From positions 20,453-84,452 of the forward strand of contig JAWXCN010000032.1 in the NCBI GenBank assembly GCA_034408725.1: a DNA stretch of 64,000 nucleotides, in the 5' to 3' direction. The DNA comes from Candidatus Hydrogenedentota bacterium (lineage in GTDB: Bacteria > Hydrogenedentota > Hydrogenedentia > Hydrogenedentales > SLHB01). Positions 49,594-58,944 of the stretch are shown piece after piece; the first letter of the stretch is position 1; each line of letters begins with the position of its first letter. The notes under the pieces are model-generated. The model was not told the origin of the DNA and ran no database searches. It worked only from the letters and a program-made list of their open reading frames with translations. Position numbers and translations under genes: made by a program.

Positions 49594-50655
49594 TTACATT
49601 TCTCGGTTGGCAAAACTTATCTCGAAAAATTTATCCAAGTCAAGCCGATAAACCCGTCTGCAGCCACTTGTGTATTGTTCGGGATGTGCGAACTCACGCG
49701 GTGTGGGATAGGCAATAGTAATGTCGTCCATAAATGCGCGAAAAATACCCACTGCAACAGCCTGCATTTTACTGCCGGTGGGCGCTACTATAATTCGCTC
49801 AAATTCGCCGTGCGCGTTGTATATATTTGAAAGGTTATCAATGGTCTCACCGTATTCCAATGTGCTGGCATAAAAATCCTCTCTCGACGCCAAAGAATTC
49901 GTGTTATTCAATTCTTGAATCGCCTTTAATCGCCATATATTTTCCTCCGCTGGAGGAATTCCATGAATCAAAGTAATTGCTGATGGCTGAGTTTCATTTC
50001 TTAGTGCTGATAGTTGATCAACATTGAAAGAGGGGAAAAATACTAATCTCGTTGGTTGTCCTTGAAGTGCGACGGACGACAATTCCGGTATAATGGCAAC
50101 TTCAATCACGCCCTTTGACAGAAATAATATATCATAGGGATTATACCCCCTGTCGGCAATTCTTCTGGCAACCTCTTTTTGATCAGGCGGGTACTTTTCT
50201 GCTTCGGTATAGATAACAGTGCAATTGCTAAAGCCCATCGAATGCTTACCGACAGCCGCTAAAATCTGAACAATGAGCAATTTCGACATTGCAGATATAT
50301 CAATGAATAAACGCCCTTTGCCGGACCTGATACTTTCAAGAAGTTCTTCGCCGAACCACGCTGGATCTTCTCTATCGTAGACTCCTGACATATTATTTAC
50401 GGCACGGTTATCCGCAAAGAGTTCTATCTCTGCAGATCTATTTTGAACCAGACTGGGAGAGTAAATGATTTTAAACACCGTGATATCGTTTGGGCACTTC
50501 GTCGCGACCAAACTTGGTACATAGTGAGCTCGATCCTCAAATCCGGCGCAATAGACAAGCTCGTCGCCTGGCTCAAGAGCCAAGTCAGCAATAGAAGTGA
50601 GGCGGGGCTTGTCAACCTGGCAAAGCAACTGGTCGATTCTGAGGACAGTATGCAT
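49594..50655 (-). CDS. Hypothetical protein, possibly tandem CARF-like Rossmann domains
   Basis: 'CAGFEDR...LFIDISAMSK...VIYTEAEKY' and 'LVFFPSF...IIVAPTGSKMQAV...IAYP'; TAA-ATG coupling to the upstream gene. Confidence 0.65.
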   Translation of the reverse strand: MHTVLRIDQLLCQVDKPRLTSIADLALEPGDELVYCAGFEDRAHYVPSLVATKCPNDITVFKIIYSPSLVQNRSAEIELFADNRAVNNMSGVYDREDPAWFGEELLESIRSGKGRLFIDISAMSKLLIVQILAAVGKHSMGFSNCTVIYTEAEKYPPDQKEVARRIADRGYNPYDILFLSKGVIEVAIIPELSSVALQGQPTRLVFFPSFNVDQLSALRNETQPSAITLIHGIPPAEENIWRLKAIQELNNTNSLASREDFYASTLEYGETIDNLSNIYNAHGEFERIIVAPTGSKMQAVAVGIFRAFMDDITIAYPTPREFAHPEQYTSGCRRVYRLDLDKFFEISFANREM

Positions 50656-53154
50656 TTATATATCCTCTTCTTTAGTATCAGTAAACTCCAATTGCACGTC
50701 ATCGGTGCCCATCCGAACGGATGGCCCATACTCCGAAAAAGGTTTGCGAAGGCGATAGGCATCCTCAAATTTATTTGGATTGAGTAAAAGGCCTTCAATT
50801 TCGCTTGGTTCTAACTCAACCGAATCTCTCCGACTAAACGTGAGGCCAAAATGTGGAAGTAAGCATCGACGCAAATACAAGCGGGGAACCACTTTGCCGC
50901 GTCGACTTTTTCCACGCGGATCTTCAATGAATAAAGAATATCGAAGCAACTCTCTATAAACGCTCAACGCCTCTTTTCCTAAATTTAAATCCTCATATGG
51001 TTCGATTCGAGATGCCAAATAGGGTGGCGATGAACTTTCATTCTTGCTGTCCCGAAACTTAAGATAGGAAAAGGCGACAACTGCGAACGCGGTCACGACA
51101 TGAACTAAATGCTCGCCGTTGCTAGTGCCGCGCAAACCCTGCAAAAAACTCCCAGCTTCAGAGCGAATTGCATCGGCTTGTATCTCCTTCCGAAGTTTCG
51201 GTACTGCTGGCGATGTTTTAAGGGCAGACGCTCCTCCGGCGTCCTCGATCATGCGGCCAACCAGTCCAATCAGATAGAAAACATCTCCGCTACACAATTC
51301 AGAAAGTGAATGTCGGCCCCAAACGTTAAGTTTTTTGTCGTTTCTGATGGCACGTGCTATATCGTTGTAGCTCCTTGAGTCTGACTCTCCTAGAAGCTCT
51401 AATAGAGTTTTAACAGGATATCCTTCGACGGCACCAAATCTTCTTGCAAACACATCTTCAATAAAAGCCAATTTTTCGTCTGGCTTAGCATGCAGAAAAA
51501 CAAGACCCAAGTTTAATAGCTGAAACTCACGTCCTTCAACGTATGATTTCCCGTCGATATCGGAACGCGCGTACGAAACGGGGCTTTCAGTAGAAAGTTT
51601 AAAAAAACAACATGATGTTCGCTGCATAAATAGTCTGTTAAGATTCTTTTGCAAATCGAGGGTGATCTTGGGCATCGAGTAATCATCAACAAAGAAATAA
51701 AATGGGCGGTTATCAAGGCTCGGAAACTGCCTTAGAATCGCAGCGCACACAGTAGGCAAGATATCTGGACCCCAAAGGCCTTCCATTGGGTGGTCATAGG
51801 TAAATCTATGTTTTAATCTAGCGCGTTTACGCTGCTTTGCCATAGCAAACTTTAGCGCTTCGAAAGTATTGCCACTTGGTTCAGTTATCGGATTTAGCTC
51901 AAGAAGTTTCAACAAATCGGAAGTCAGCTTTGATTCCAATTCCCGGAATTGGTCGGGAAAACTGACACTGGTCCATTGTTCAATTGTTTCCAATACCTGT
52001 GAAATCAGAGTGGCCGATATGAAGTGCATGGGTAAATCTATCGCTTCGGTTCTCGAAGGTATTTCGTAACGTGGAAATGTTCCGTACAAGTCATCGCATC
52101 GATAGTAAATGCCAATATACGGAATGGTCGACAAATACTCGTCGCTTACCAATAATCGGTGCTGTAAGCTAAGACTCTTGAAGACAGTTGTCTTTCCACA
52201 GCCTCTAGGTCCAGTTAGTACCAAATTATTCCTATCTTCGATTTGGGTGACGCCTAGAAATTTGTTCGAATAAAGGGATCGCAATAGGCCATGGGAATCT
52301 CCTATTTGTTCACAACTCAAATAGTCGAACGGACTCGATAGGGAAACTTTCGTTTTTACCTGAGCCTCGCGGTGAAACGCCGTTGGGATATCTAGGAGTT
52401 TATGGTAAAGACCTTCGGGATTGCGGGCCAATTGATCGCGCGTGCGATCCCTTTCAGTCAAATGCCGAGCCAGAAAATGCGTATTTAGGACGTTATAGGT
52501 GTATCTTTCGAGTGGACTACAGTCTTGATAGTTAATATTTGCAAGGAGTTCCTGTAAGATGAGAGCCGTCTGATCATAATCGTCGCGGGCTTGGGACTCG
52601 CTCGTTGCTGATGTTACACCAAAGTCTGTTACGCGTATTCGATAATCCGGACCACCGAGTTGGCCAGTGCAATCTTCTACGAGAACATTCCCAGCGTGTA
52701 TATCACCATGCCGAACGTGCATTTGTTCCATGTTGTGGAGCAACGCGAACATTGCCTTTAAAAAGTCCTCTATGAAGCCAACGCGGATCTGGTGCAGATG
52801 CTGTTTAATATACTCGCGTAGATCGATGCCTGGAATATATTCAAAGAAAAGAAGAACACAATCTATATCGTTTGCTTCATCGAGCCAGGCCGTCATGGTT
52901 TGGAATCGTACCGCCACTGGCGTACTTAAGATGGCAACTTTTCGTATTTCGTCGAGCCATTGCGATTCTTGAGCATTGACAAGGTTCACACGAGGAATTA
53001 TTTTGCAAGCGACGGTATGTGAAGTGTTGGTGGCGAACGCTTCAAACATTAGTCCATTTAGTCCACTTTTAATCAACCGTACAATTTTATAGTCGTCGCG
53101 ACCCGGTATCGTGTGTTGTAGAAAAAATTCCGGTTTTGGAAGATTGCGTTTCAT
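50656..53154 (-). CDS. Ser/Thr protein kinase domain fused to an ORC/Cdc6/STAND-like P-loop ATPase
   Basis: Kinase: 'IKSGLNGLMF', 'VACKII', 'FEYIPG', 'HGDIHAGNVLV', 'TDFG'. ATPase: 'SPF', Walker A 'GPRGCGKTT', Walker B 'FYFFVDDY', 'FFKLSTE'. Confidence 0.85.
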   Translation of the reverse strand: MKRNLPKPEFFLQHTIPGRDDYKIVRLIKSGLNGLMFEAFATNTSHTVACKIIPRVNLVNAQESQWLDEIRKVAILSTPVAVRFQTMTAWLDEANDIDCVLLFFEYIPGIDLREYIKQHLHQIRVGFIEDFLKAMFALLHNMEQMHVRHGDIHAGNVLVEDCTGQLGGPDYRIRVTDFGVTSATSESQARDDYDQTALILQELLANINYQDCSPLERYTYNVLNTHFLARHLTERDRTRDQLARNPEGLYHKLLDIPTAFHREAQVKTKVSLSSPFDYLSCEQIGDSHGLLRSLYSNKFLGVTQIEDRNNLVLTGPRGCGKTTVFKSLSLQHRLLVSDEYLSTIPYIGIYYRCDDLYGTFPRYEIPSRTEAIDLPMHFISATLISQVLETIEQWTSVSFPDQFRELESKLTSDLLKLLELNPITEPSGNTFEALKFAMAKQRKRARLKHRFTYDHPMEGLWGPDILPTVCAAILRQFPSLDNRPFYFFVDDYSMPKITLDLQKNLNRLFMQRTSCCFFKLSTESPVSYARSDIDGKSYVEGREFQLLNLGLVFLHAKPDEKLAFIEDVFARRFGAVEGYPVKTLLELLGESDSRSYNDIARAIRNDKKLNVWGRHSLSELCSGDVFYLIGLVGRMIEDAGGASALKTSPAVPKLRKEIQADAIRSEAGSFLQGLRGTSNGEHLVHVVTAFAVVAFSYLKFRDSKNESSSPPYLASRIEPYEDLNLGKEALSVYRELLRYSLFIEDPRGKSRRGKVVPRLYLRRCLLPHFGLTFSRRDSVELEPSEIEGLLLNPNKFEDAYRLRKPFSEYGPSVRMGTDDVQLEFTDTKEEDI

Positions 53155-54359
53155 TTTTTCTTAAGAACCAATATTCGTTCTTGGCGCGTACCTGCGCAGT
53201 CTTTTCTGGAGCGGCGTATGTCGGGGATGTTGTCAAGGAACGAATGCTGCAAAGTTAACGAAGGCGCGAATTGTGCGAAAATGGCAAGCGTTATGTCGCT
53301 TGGATGTAATGTACCTCTTCGAGTGACGGTTTCCCCAACAATAAGAACACAGTGTCCATTGGAAACCAAACCTCTTTCTGCACACGCAGCTAACTTTTGA
53401 ATCGCCTTGCGAAAATCGTCTTCGTTCCGGGTCATACTATTATCTGTAACGGTCTCGGCATCTTGTGTCAAGAACCATAGGCGCAGGCGATTATCTCGGA
53501 CATAATCCAGCGCATTCATATAAGGCGGACTACTCACGATGCAGTCAAAACTCTGCGGGAAGGCCAAGGCGCGTATCTCGCTGCGGCGAATCGTCCATTT
53601 TGGTATTTGTCGTGGAAGTTTCATTCGTTTATAAGCGCGAGTGATCTTTGCATGCATCCGCGGCACGATTTCGCGATACTCGTACAAGTCGGGATGTTGT
53701 TCGCGGGGAAATCTTACGTTGCGAAGGTATGGTACGAGATGACTGCTCGGGTATGATAAAAAACCTGGCCTTTGGTGGTGCAGGATGCCGAGCAAGCAAG
53801 CTAGTGTGAAATGGTCTCGCTTTTTCCTGCAAACTGTCGCAAGCCGAATCGCACTCTTAAGGGTACGCGGGTGAAAGAAACGCCGCACCCAGATGGGAAC
53901 TTGTCGTAAATCTGGTTCCGGAAGGAGTAATGATTCGCTATAAGCACAATCGAAATTTAGAATCGCCGATTGAAGATTTATAGGAGCTGCTAGCTTGGCG
54001 CAGGTAAGTACGGTCGCATATTGGCTTACGTCCGATGCGAATATACGCCGTCCAAGTCGTATAGCTTCAAGTGGTATGGTTCCCGCGCCGCAAAACGGAT
54101 CGACGATGAGATTTCCATTTTTCGTATACCTGGAAATTAGGTCCGAAGCAATGGAACTTTTGAGTTTTCCTATGTATGGGGATAGTTGATGCAAGGTGCA
54201 TTCTGAATTTGCACATGAGTCGCTCCAATGGCGCGGAGCCAATTTAGTCTCTGATTGACGGGGTTCAGATTGTGTTTTTAACGGCTTTTTTTTCTCGTAT
54301 ATCTGCGCAGTGCCAATTGTTGCCGTTGCTTGGTTGTATTTCATACGCATGCTTTTCAT
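53151..54359 (-). CDS. Amino (N4-C or N6-A) DNA methyltransferase, motif I before motif IV
   Basis: 'LHQLSPYIGK', motif I 'IVDPFCGAGT', motif IV 'IVSSPPY...DY'; ATGA overlap with the kinase gene; start uncertain (54359 or 54434). Confidence 0.85.
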   Translation of the reverse strand: MKSMRMKYNQATATIGTAQIYEKKKPLKTQSEPRQSETKLAPRHWSDSCANSECTLHQLSPYIGKLKSSIASDLISRYTKNGNLIVDPFCGAGTIPLEAIRLGRRIFASDVSQYATVLTCAKLAAPINLQSAILNFDCAYSESLLLPEPDLRQVPIWVRRFFHPRTLKSAIRLATVCRKKRDHFTLACLLGILHHQRPGFLSYPSSHLVPYLRNVRFPREQHPDLYEYREIVPRMHAKITRAYKRMKLPRQIPKWTIRRSEIRALAFPQSFDCIVSSPPYMNALDYVRDNRLRLWFLTQDAETVTDNSMTRNEDDFRKAIQKLAACAERGLVSNGHCVLIVGETVTRRGTLHPSDITLAIFAQFAPSLTLQHSFLDNIPDIRRSRKDCAGTRQERILVLKKK

Positions 54360-55123
54360 TATAACCCCCAATAAGTTAACACATGAGGTAAGCCCTTCGC
54401 GAGGTCGGCCGTTAAAATGAATAACCTTGTGCAACGCCCCGGGCTATTCTGTAGAGGCATTCAACAATGAACACTACAGACACCCGACCACTTGACGCCC
54501 GAGCCATCGCCGATCCCTTGTCCCTCCCGACGCATCTCCGGGAGCAGTTCGAGCGCCTGCGCGCCGATCGTGGGCCCAATGCGGACAGCGGGACGCCGTC
54601 TGTCCGTTGCACGCCCCTCGGCACACCCTGCTCCCGGTTGTGGGATGAGGTTCGGCGCGTGTGCGATCCTCCATTATGGCCATCCGCACCAATCGACTGA
54701 AACGGCACAACCAGAATCACACGCCGACACTTGGCCACCCCCTTGCACCCCAGCACCCAGGCTCCCTGTCCATTGCTTCAACCTCCGAGTGCTAACCTCA
54801 ATTCAATCTTCGACTTGCCCGGAATACCGCACGACGCTCATGCTCGTGGCGGGACGCTACACCCCCCCTTGTATCGTCAAAAAAAGTTTTGTACACCCCC
54901 TCAAACCCTCTTGACCTCCGCAATCCGTCGCGCTTCACGCTGCCGTGTACTGCAACAGACTGGGCGAATGAGTAAAGGCGCATAGCCAATCACGAGCAAC
55001 GGCTGGTCGCCATTTACATGATTCGCTATTTTCCAGCATAACCCTTGATCGATTACGATTACGCCCGCGCGCGGGGGTATAACGCGCACACGAAGCGGAA
55101 GGTTAGCCAGGGGAAAAGCAAAA

Positions 55124-55882
55124 ATGAATCCTGCGAAAGTTGTCGGCATTATTCCATCACGATTTGGTTCTTCCCGGTTGCCGGGAAAGCCGTTAAAACC
55201 AATTCGAGGTAAACCGATGATCCAGCGCGTTTATGAGCGCGCGAAGCTTGCGCGGCACCTGGCGCAGGTCACCATCGCTACCGACGATGAGCGCATCGCG
55301 CGCGTGGTGGAAGCATTCGGCGGTACATACGTGATGACGTCGCCGGACCATCCGAGCGGCACGGATCGCCTCGCGGAGGCCCTTGACCAGATTGACGCGG
55401 CTATCGTCGTCAACATTCAGGGGGACCAGCCGTTTCTGGACCCGATGATGATCGAGGAGGCGGTGCAACCCTTGCTAGACGACCCTGGCCTGAACATGTC
55501 TACCCTGATGCACCCCATCGCGCGCGAGGAAGATTTGATCGATCCAGCAGTTGTAAAGGTCGTGACAAATTTGAAAGGCGATGCGCTGTATTTCTCGCGG
55601 TCACTAATCCCATATCCCCGGCAGGACGCCGGGCAACGGGTTTATGAACACGTGGGCTTGTACGTGTATCGCGCGGAGTTCCTGCGCAGGATTGCGGCGT
55701 TGCCGCCTACACCGCTAGAGTTGACGGAGTCGCTTGAGCAATTGCGTGTGCTCGAGCACGGGTATTCGATTCGCGTGATCGAAACCAAGGTGCATGACAA
55801 CGCGTTCAGCGGTTTCAGCGTGGACACCGAACAGGACCTCATGCGCGCCGAAGAAATGCTGATCGAGCGGGGAATGGAATAA
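55124..55882 (+). CDS. kdsB: 3-deoxy-manno-octulosonate cytidylyltransferase (CMP-Kdo synthetase)
   Basis: 'IPSRFGSSRLPGKPL', 'SGTDR', 'NIQGDQP', 'ALYFSRS.IP', 'HVGLYVY', 'ESLEQLRVLEHG', 'VDT'. Confidence 0.93.
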   Translation: MNPAKVVGIIPSRFGSSRLPGKPLKPIRGKPMIQRVYERAKLARHLAQVTIATDDERIARVVEAFGGTYVMTSPDHPSGTDRLAEALDQIDAAIVVNIQGDQPFLDPMMIEEAVQPLLDDPGLNMSTLMHPIAREEDLIDPAVVKVVTNLKGDALYFSRSLIPYPRQDAGQRVYEHVGLYVYRAEFLRRIAALPPTPLELTESLEQLRVLEHGYSIRVIETKVHDNAFSGFSVDTEQDLMRAEEMLIERGME

Positions 55883-55884
55883 AC

Positions 55885-57087
55885 ATGCCGATAGACAGCG
55901 CCGCGCTGGACACGCTGGAAGCTGATCTCGATCACGTTGTACGCGAACGCATCCACCGGACCGCGGACTTGATTGTTGCCGCGAAAGAGCGCGGGCGCAA
56001 CGTCGCGGTAATCACGGGGAGCGGCCCGAACATTCACGAAGGGGTCACCACGCTGCTCGCCGAGTTGATGCGCGTTGGCATCGTGGATGGCATTACGACG
56101 AGCAGCGCCGTCATCGCGCACGAGATGGGGGGCACGCTCGATCGGGTGAAGCGTTGCGCGGGCGAGCCATTGGATATCGATCCAGCTTGGCTCCCGCGCG
56201 GTGGGGATTTCGAATTGACGGAACTCGATCCCGCGGCGCTAGCGGAGATCGAGATGCAAATGCCGATCGACCACGCGCTGATTGAAAGGATCAAGTCTGC
56301 GCCCGGTAAAAGCATTATCAAGGCCGCCGGAAATCTTGGCTATCCGATGGGGTTGTGGCTTGAAAAATTTGCAATCGAGATTCTCGCGTTGGCGCATGTC
56401 CACAAAAAATCTTTCGAGGAGATAGCCGGACTTGGCGCGGATGCGCGCACGATGATCGGCATTGGCGCGCGTGCTCGGAAGCCCGTCATGGTGACGATTC
56501 CGCAGCTTGTCGGCGGCGGAATGATCGGACTGTGCATTGGTGACAGTATTTCGCTGGTTGAACGCGCCACGCGACTTGCACACATGCTCGATGCCGCGGA
56601 TGTGATCATCGAGTCCGGCGTTGCGCTCACGCAAGAGATTCACGACGGGCCGTTCGAACTCTATACCGGCCACGGCATTTGGTCCGCGTGGCAGGACCAT
56701 TTTGCGTACACCCTCGAGGGCAAATCCTTGATTCGCATTGATCTCGATCCTGCGTTGGAACAGGTCTGCGCGATTGAACGCGAAGCTGGAGGGGTGCAGG
56801 AAGCGATCACGGACGGGCTACCGAAAACAAAGCTGTTCAAGGTGCCGTTTCGCATGGAAATGTCCGGCTTCGCGCGGCACGAAGGCAGCATTCCAATCAT
56901 CGAAGACATCGGGGTCGTATGGCCGCTCATCGCGCGGCGGGTCGCGTACAAGCTCGGTATAGAACTGGATTTTATGTCATACCCCCAGCAAACGCGTCCT
57001 GGTATGGCGATGCGCGAATGGATTGTCAGCGAGGTCAGGCCGATGAGCCGTTCACGCATGCTGAAAGCGCTGCATGAACGCGATTGA
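55885..57087 (+). CDS. Hypothetical protein, possibly a deoxyhypusine-synthase-like (DHS-like NAD-binding) fold
   Basis: 'VAVITGSGPNIHEGVTTLLAELMRVGIVDGITTSSAVIAHE' resembles DHS-like N-termini; operonic spacing on both sides. Confidence 0.6.
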   Translation: MPIDSAALDTLEADLDHVVRERIHRTADLIVAAKERGRNVAVITGSGPNIHEGVTTLLAELMRVGIVDGITTSSAVIAHEMGGTLDRVKRCAGEPLDIDPAWLPRGGDFELTELDPAALAEIEMQMPIDHALIERIKSAPGKSIIKAAGNLGYPMGLWLEKFAIEILALAHVHKKSFEEIAGLGADARTMIGIGARARKPVMVTIPQLVGGGMIGLCIGDSISLVERATRLAHMLDAADVIIESGVALTQEIHDGPFELYTGHGIWSAWQDHFAYTLEGKSLIRIDLDPALEQVCAIEREAGGVQEAITDGLPKTKLFKVPFRMEMSGFARHEGSIPIIEDIGVVWPLIARRVAYKLGIELDFMSYPQQTRPGMAMREWIVSEVRPMSRSRMLKALHERD

Positions 57088-58654
57088 TCTGGCGGTCATA
57101 GTCCTGTACTTCGTGTCGATGGCGGCAATCGGCTGGTATTTCTCGCGCAGGGCGAACACGACCGAGCAATACTTTGTTGGTGGCCGCTCGTATCCCGGAT
57201 GGCTGATAGGCGTATCCTTATTCGGCGCGATGATCAGTTCCATCACCTTTGTCGCGTATCCCGCCGATGCGTACAAGACCGCGTATCTGCGTTATGTCAT
57301 CTGCATCACGCTGCCGCTCGCAGTCTATATCTCCGTTCGCTGGTTTGTGCCGTTTTTCCGGCGCGGCAAGATCACTTCCGTGTTTGAATACCTCGAAGGG
57401 AGGTTCGGTCCGGGAACACGCGTTTACGGCGCTTCGGTATTTATTCTTAGCCAATGCATCCGGTTGGCGATGATTCAGTATCTCACGGCGCTGCTCATGC
57501 ACAAGGTGACGGGGTGGAGCCCGGAAGTCTGCATTTTGCTCGGCAGCGCCGTTACCGCATATTACACGGTTGCGGGCGGAATCGAAGCGGTCATCTGGAC
57601 GGACTTCGTGCAATCCATAGTCCTGACCTTGGGAGGATTGCTCATCCTCGGAGTGATAGTCTGGAAAATGCCCGAGGGCATTGGCCAGATATTTTCCATC
57701 GCGATCGAAGACGACAAACTTACCCTGAGCGAATACAACGCGCAGGACGGCACACTGCACCCGGTTCCGTGGGGGTTCTCGCTCAGCCAGAAGACGGTAT
57801 TCATGCTGCTGATCGTGGGACTCTTTCAATGGCTCGCGGAATACAGCACGAACCAGGAAAGCATCCAGAAATATTGCGCGTCGAAGACTACGGCCGACGC
57901 CCGGCGCGCAATGTGGGTGTGCTGCTGGATGGCGGCGCCGACCTGGCTCTACTTCATGTTCGTCGGCACGGGACTCTACGCCTTCTACAAGGTGTTTCCC
58001 GATGACGCGGCGGTGATGATGCTAAACGGGACACGCAAGGCCGAGGAAATTCTCCCGCACTTCGTGACGACCCAATTGCCCGCGGGCTTGTCGGGGATTG
58101 TCGTTGCAGCAGTGCTTGCGGCCGCGATGTCGAGCATGTCATCGGCAATGAACTCCATTTCCGCTGTCACGATCACCGATCTGTACAAGCGGCATTGGGT
58201 GCGCGGTCGAGATGACCGGCACTATGTCGCGGCCGCAAAGTGGGTGACGTTGTTGAGTTCGGTAATCATGGTGCTTGGCGCGTATTGGCTCCTTAAATCT
58301 GAACAGAAAACTTTGCAGGACGTCTGGACCGAATTGCAGTCGATTGCCGCCGGAGGCTTGCTCGGCCTGTATATGCTTGGATTCTTCACGACACGCGGGG
58401 ACGGACGGGCAGTCGCGCTGGGCATTGCCTTTGCGGTCGGTTTTTCGTTGCTGATTTCGCTGAACGGTTTGGGCATGTTACCGGAGGCGTGGTCCGGATG
58501 GTTAAACCTGTATTTCGAAGGGTACTACACAGGATTGGTCGGGAACGTCGTGATGTTTACAATTGGGTTTCTTGCCGCATCACTCCTTCCGCGGCGCGCG
58601 CGCGATTTAACGAACTTGACGGTATGGACCCAGGACGGCACGCCGCTCGATTAG
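57074..58654 (+). CDS. Sodium:solute symporter (SSS family, SiaT-like)
   Basis: 'YFVGGR', 'SSITFV', 'SVFEYLE.RFG', 'GGIEAVIWTD', 'AAAMSS', about 13 TM segments. Confidence 0.92.
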   Translation: MNAIDLAVIVLYFVSMAAIGWYFSRRANTTEQYFVGGRSYPGWLIGVSLFGAMISSITFVAYPADAYKTAYLRYVICITLPLAVYISVRWFVPFFRRGKITSVFEYLEGRFGPGTRVYGASVFILSQCIRLAMIQYLTALLMHKVTGWSPEVCILLGSAVTAYYTVAGGIEAVIWTDFVQSIVLTLGGLLILGVIVWKMPEGIGQIFSIAIEDDKLTLSEYNAQDGTLHPVPWGFSLSQKTVFMLLIVGLFQWLAEYSTNQESIQKYCASKTTADARRAMWVCCWMAAPTWLYFMFVGTGLYAFYKVFPDDAAVMMLNGTRKAEEILPHFVTTQLPAGLSGIVVAAVLAAAMSSMSSAMNSISAVTITDLYKRHWVRGRDDRHYVAAAKWVTLLSSVIMVLGAYWLLKSEQKTLQDVWTELQSIAAGGLLGLYMLGFFTTRGDGRAVALGIAFAVGFSLLISLNGLGMLPEAWSGWLNLYFEGYYTGLVGNVVMFTIGFLAASLLPRRARDLTNLTVWTQDGTPLD

Positions 58655-58802
58655 GCACTCCAGAAAGGTATTGCGCGAATTTTGATGAAATGGGATTGGC
58701 GCTAAATATTCCCAGTTTTTAACTTGCACTTTTTCCGCGAATGCAGTTATTGTATGTCCCGCACGCTATTTCGAGGGGAAGGGGTAAAACCCGGGGTAGC
58801 GC

Positions 58803-58838
58803 AAAGCGCCTGGCCACGGGCCGGGCGCTTTCGCTTTT
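58803..58838 (+). terminator. Strong hairpin, probable intrinsic terminator
   Basis: AAAGCGCCTGGCC-ACG-GGCCGGGCGCTTT followed by CGCTTTT. Confidence 0.6.
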
Positions 58839-58944
58839 CGCCAGTGATGTCCCCGCGCCCAGAATGCGGGCCCACGGGCAAGTGAGTTTTGTGAGACGCT
58901 TGCGGTATAATTCCGCGACGCTTTTGCCGACAAGGATTAGATGC

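Noticed and set aside
49594-54359. Ordinary type II R-M system, or complete BREX/Pgl
   Set aside because: No recognisable endonuclease motif, and no PglZ/BrxL/BrxC-like genes; a highly diverged nuclease cannot be fully excluded without structure searches
54467-54914. Short ORFs at the island's upstream boundary
   Set aside because: No recognisable motifs; I could not find an att site, tRNA, integrase or target duplication, so the island ends are undefined
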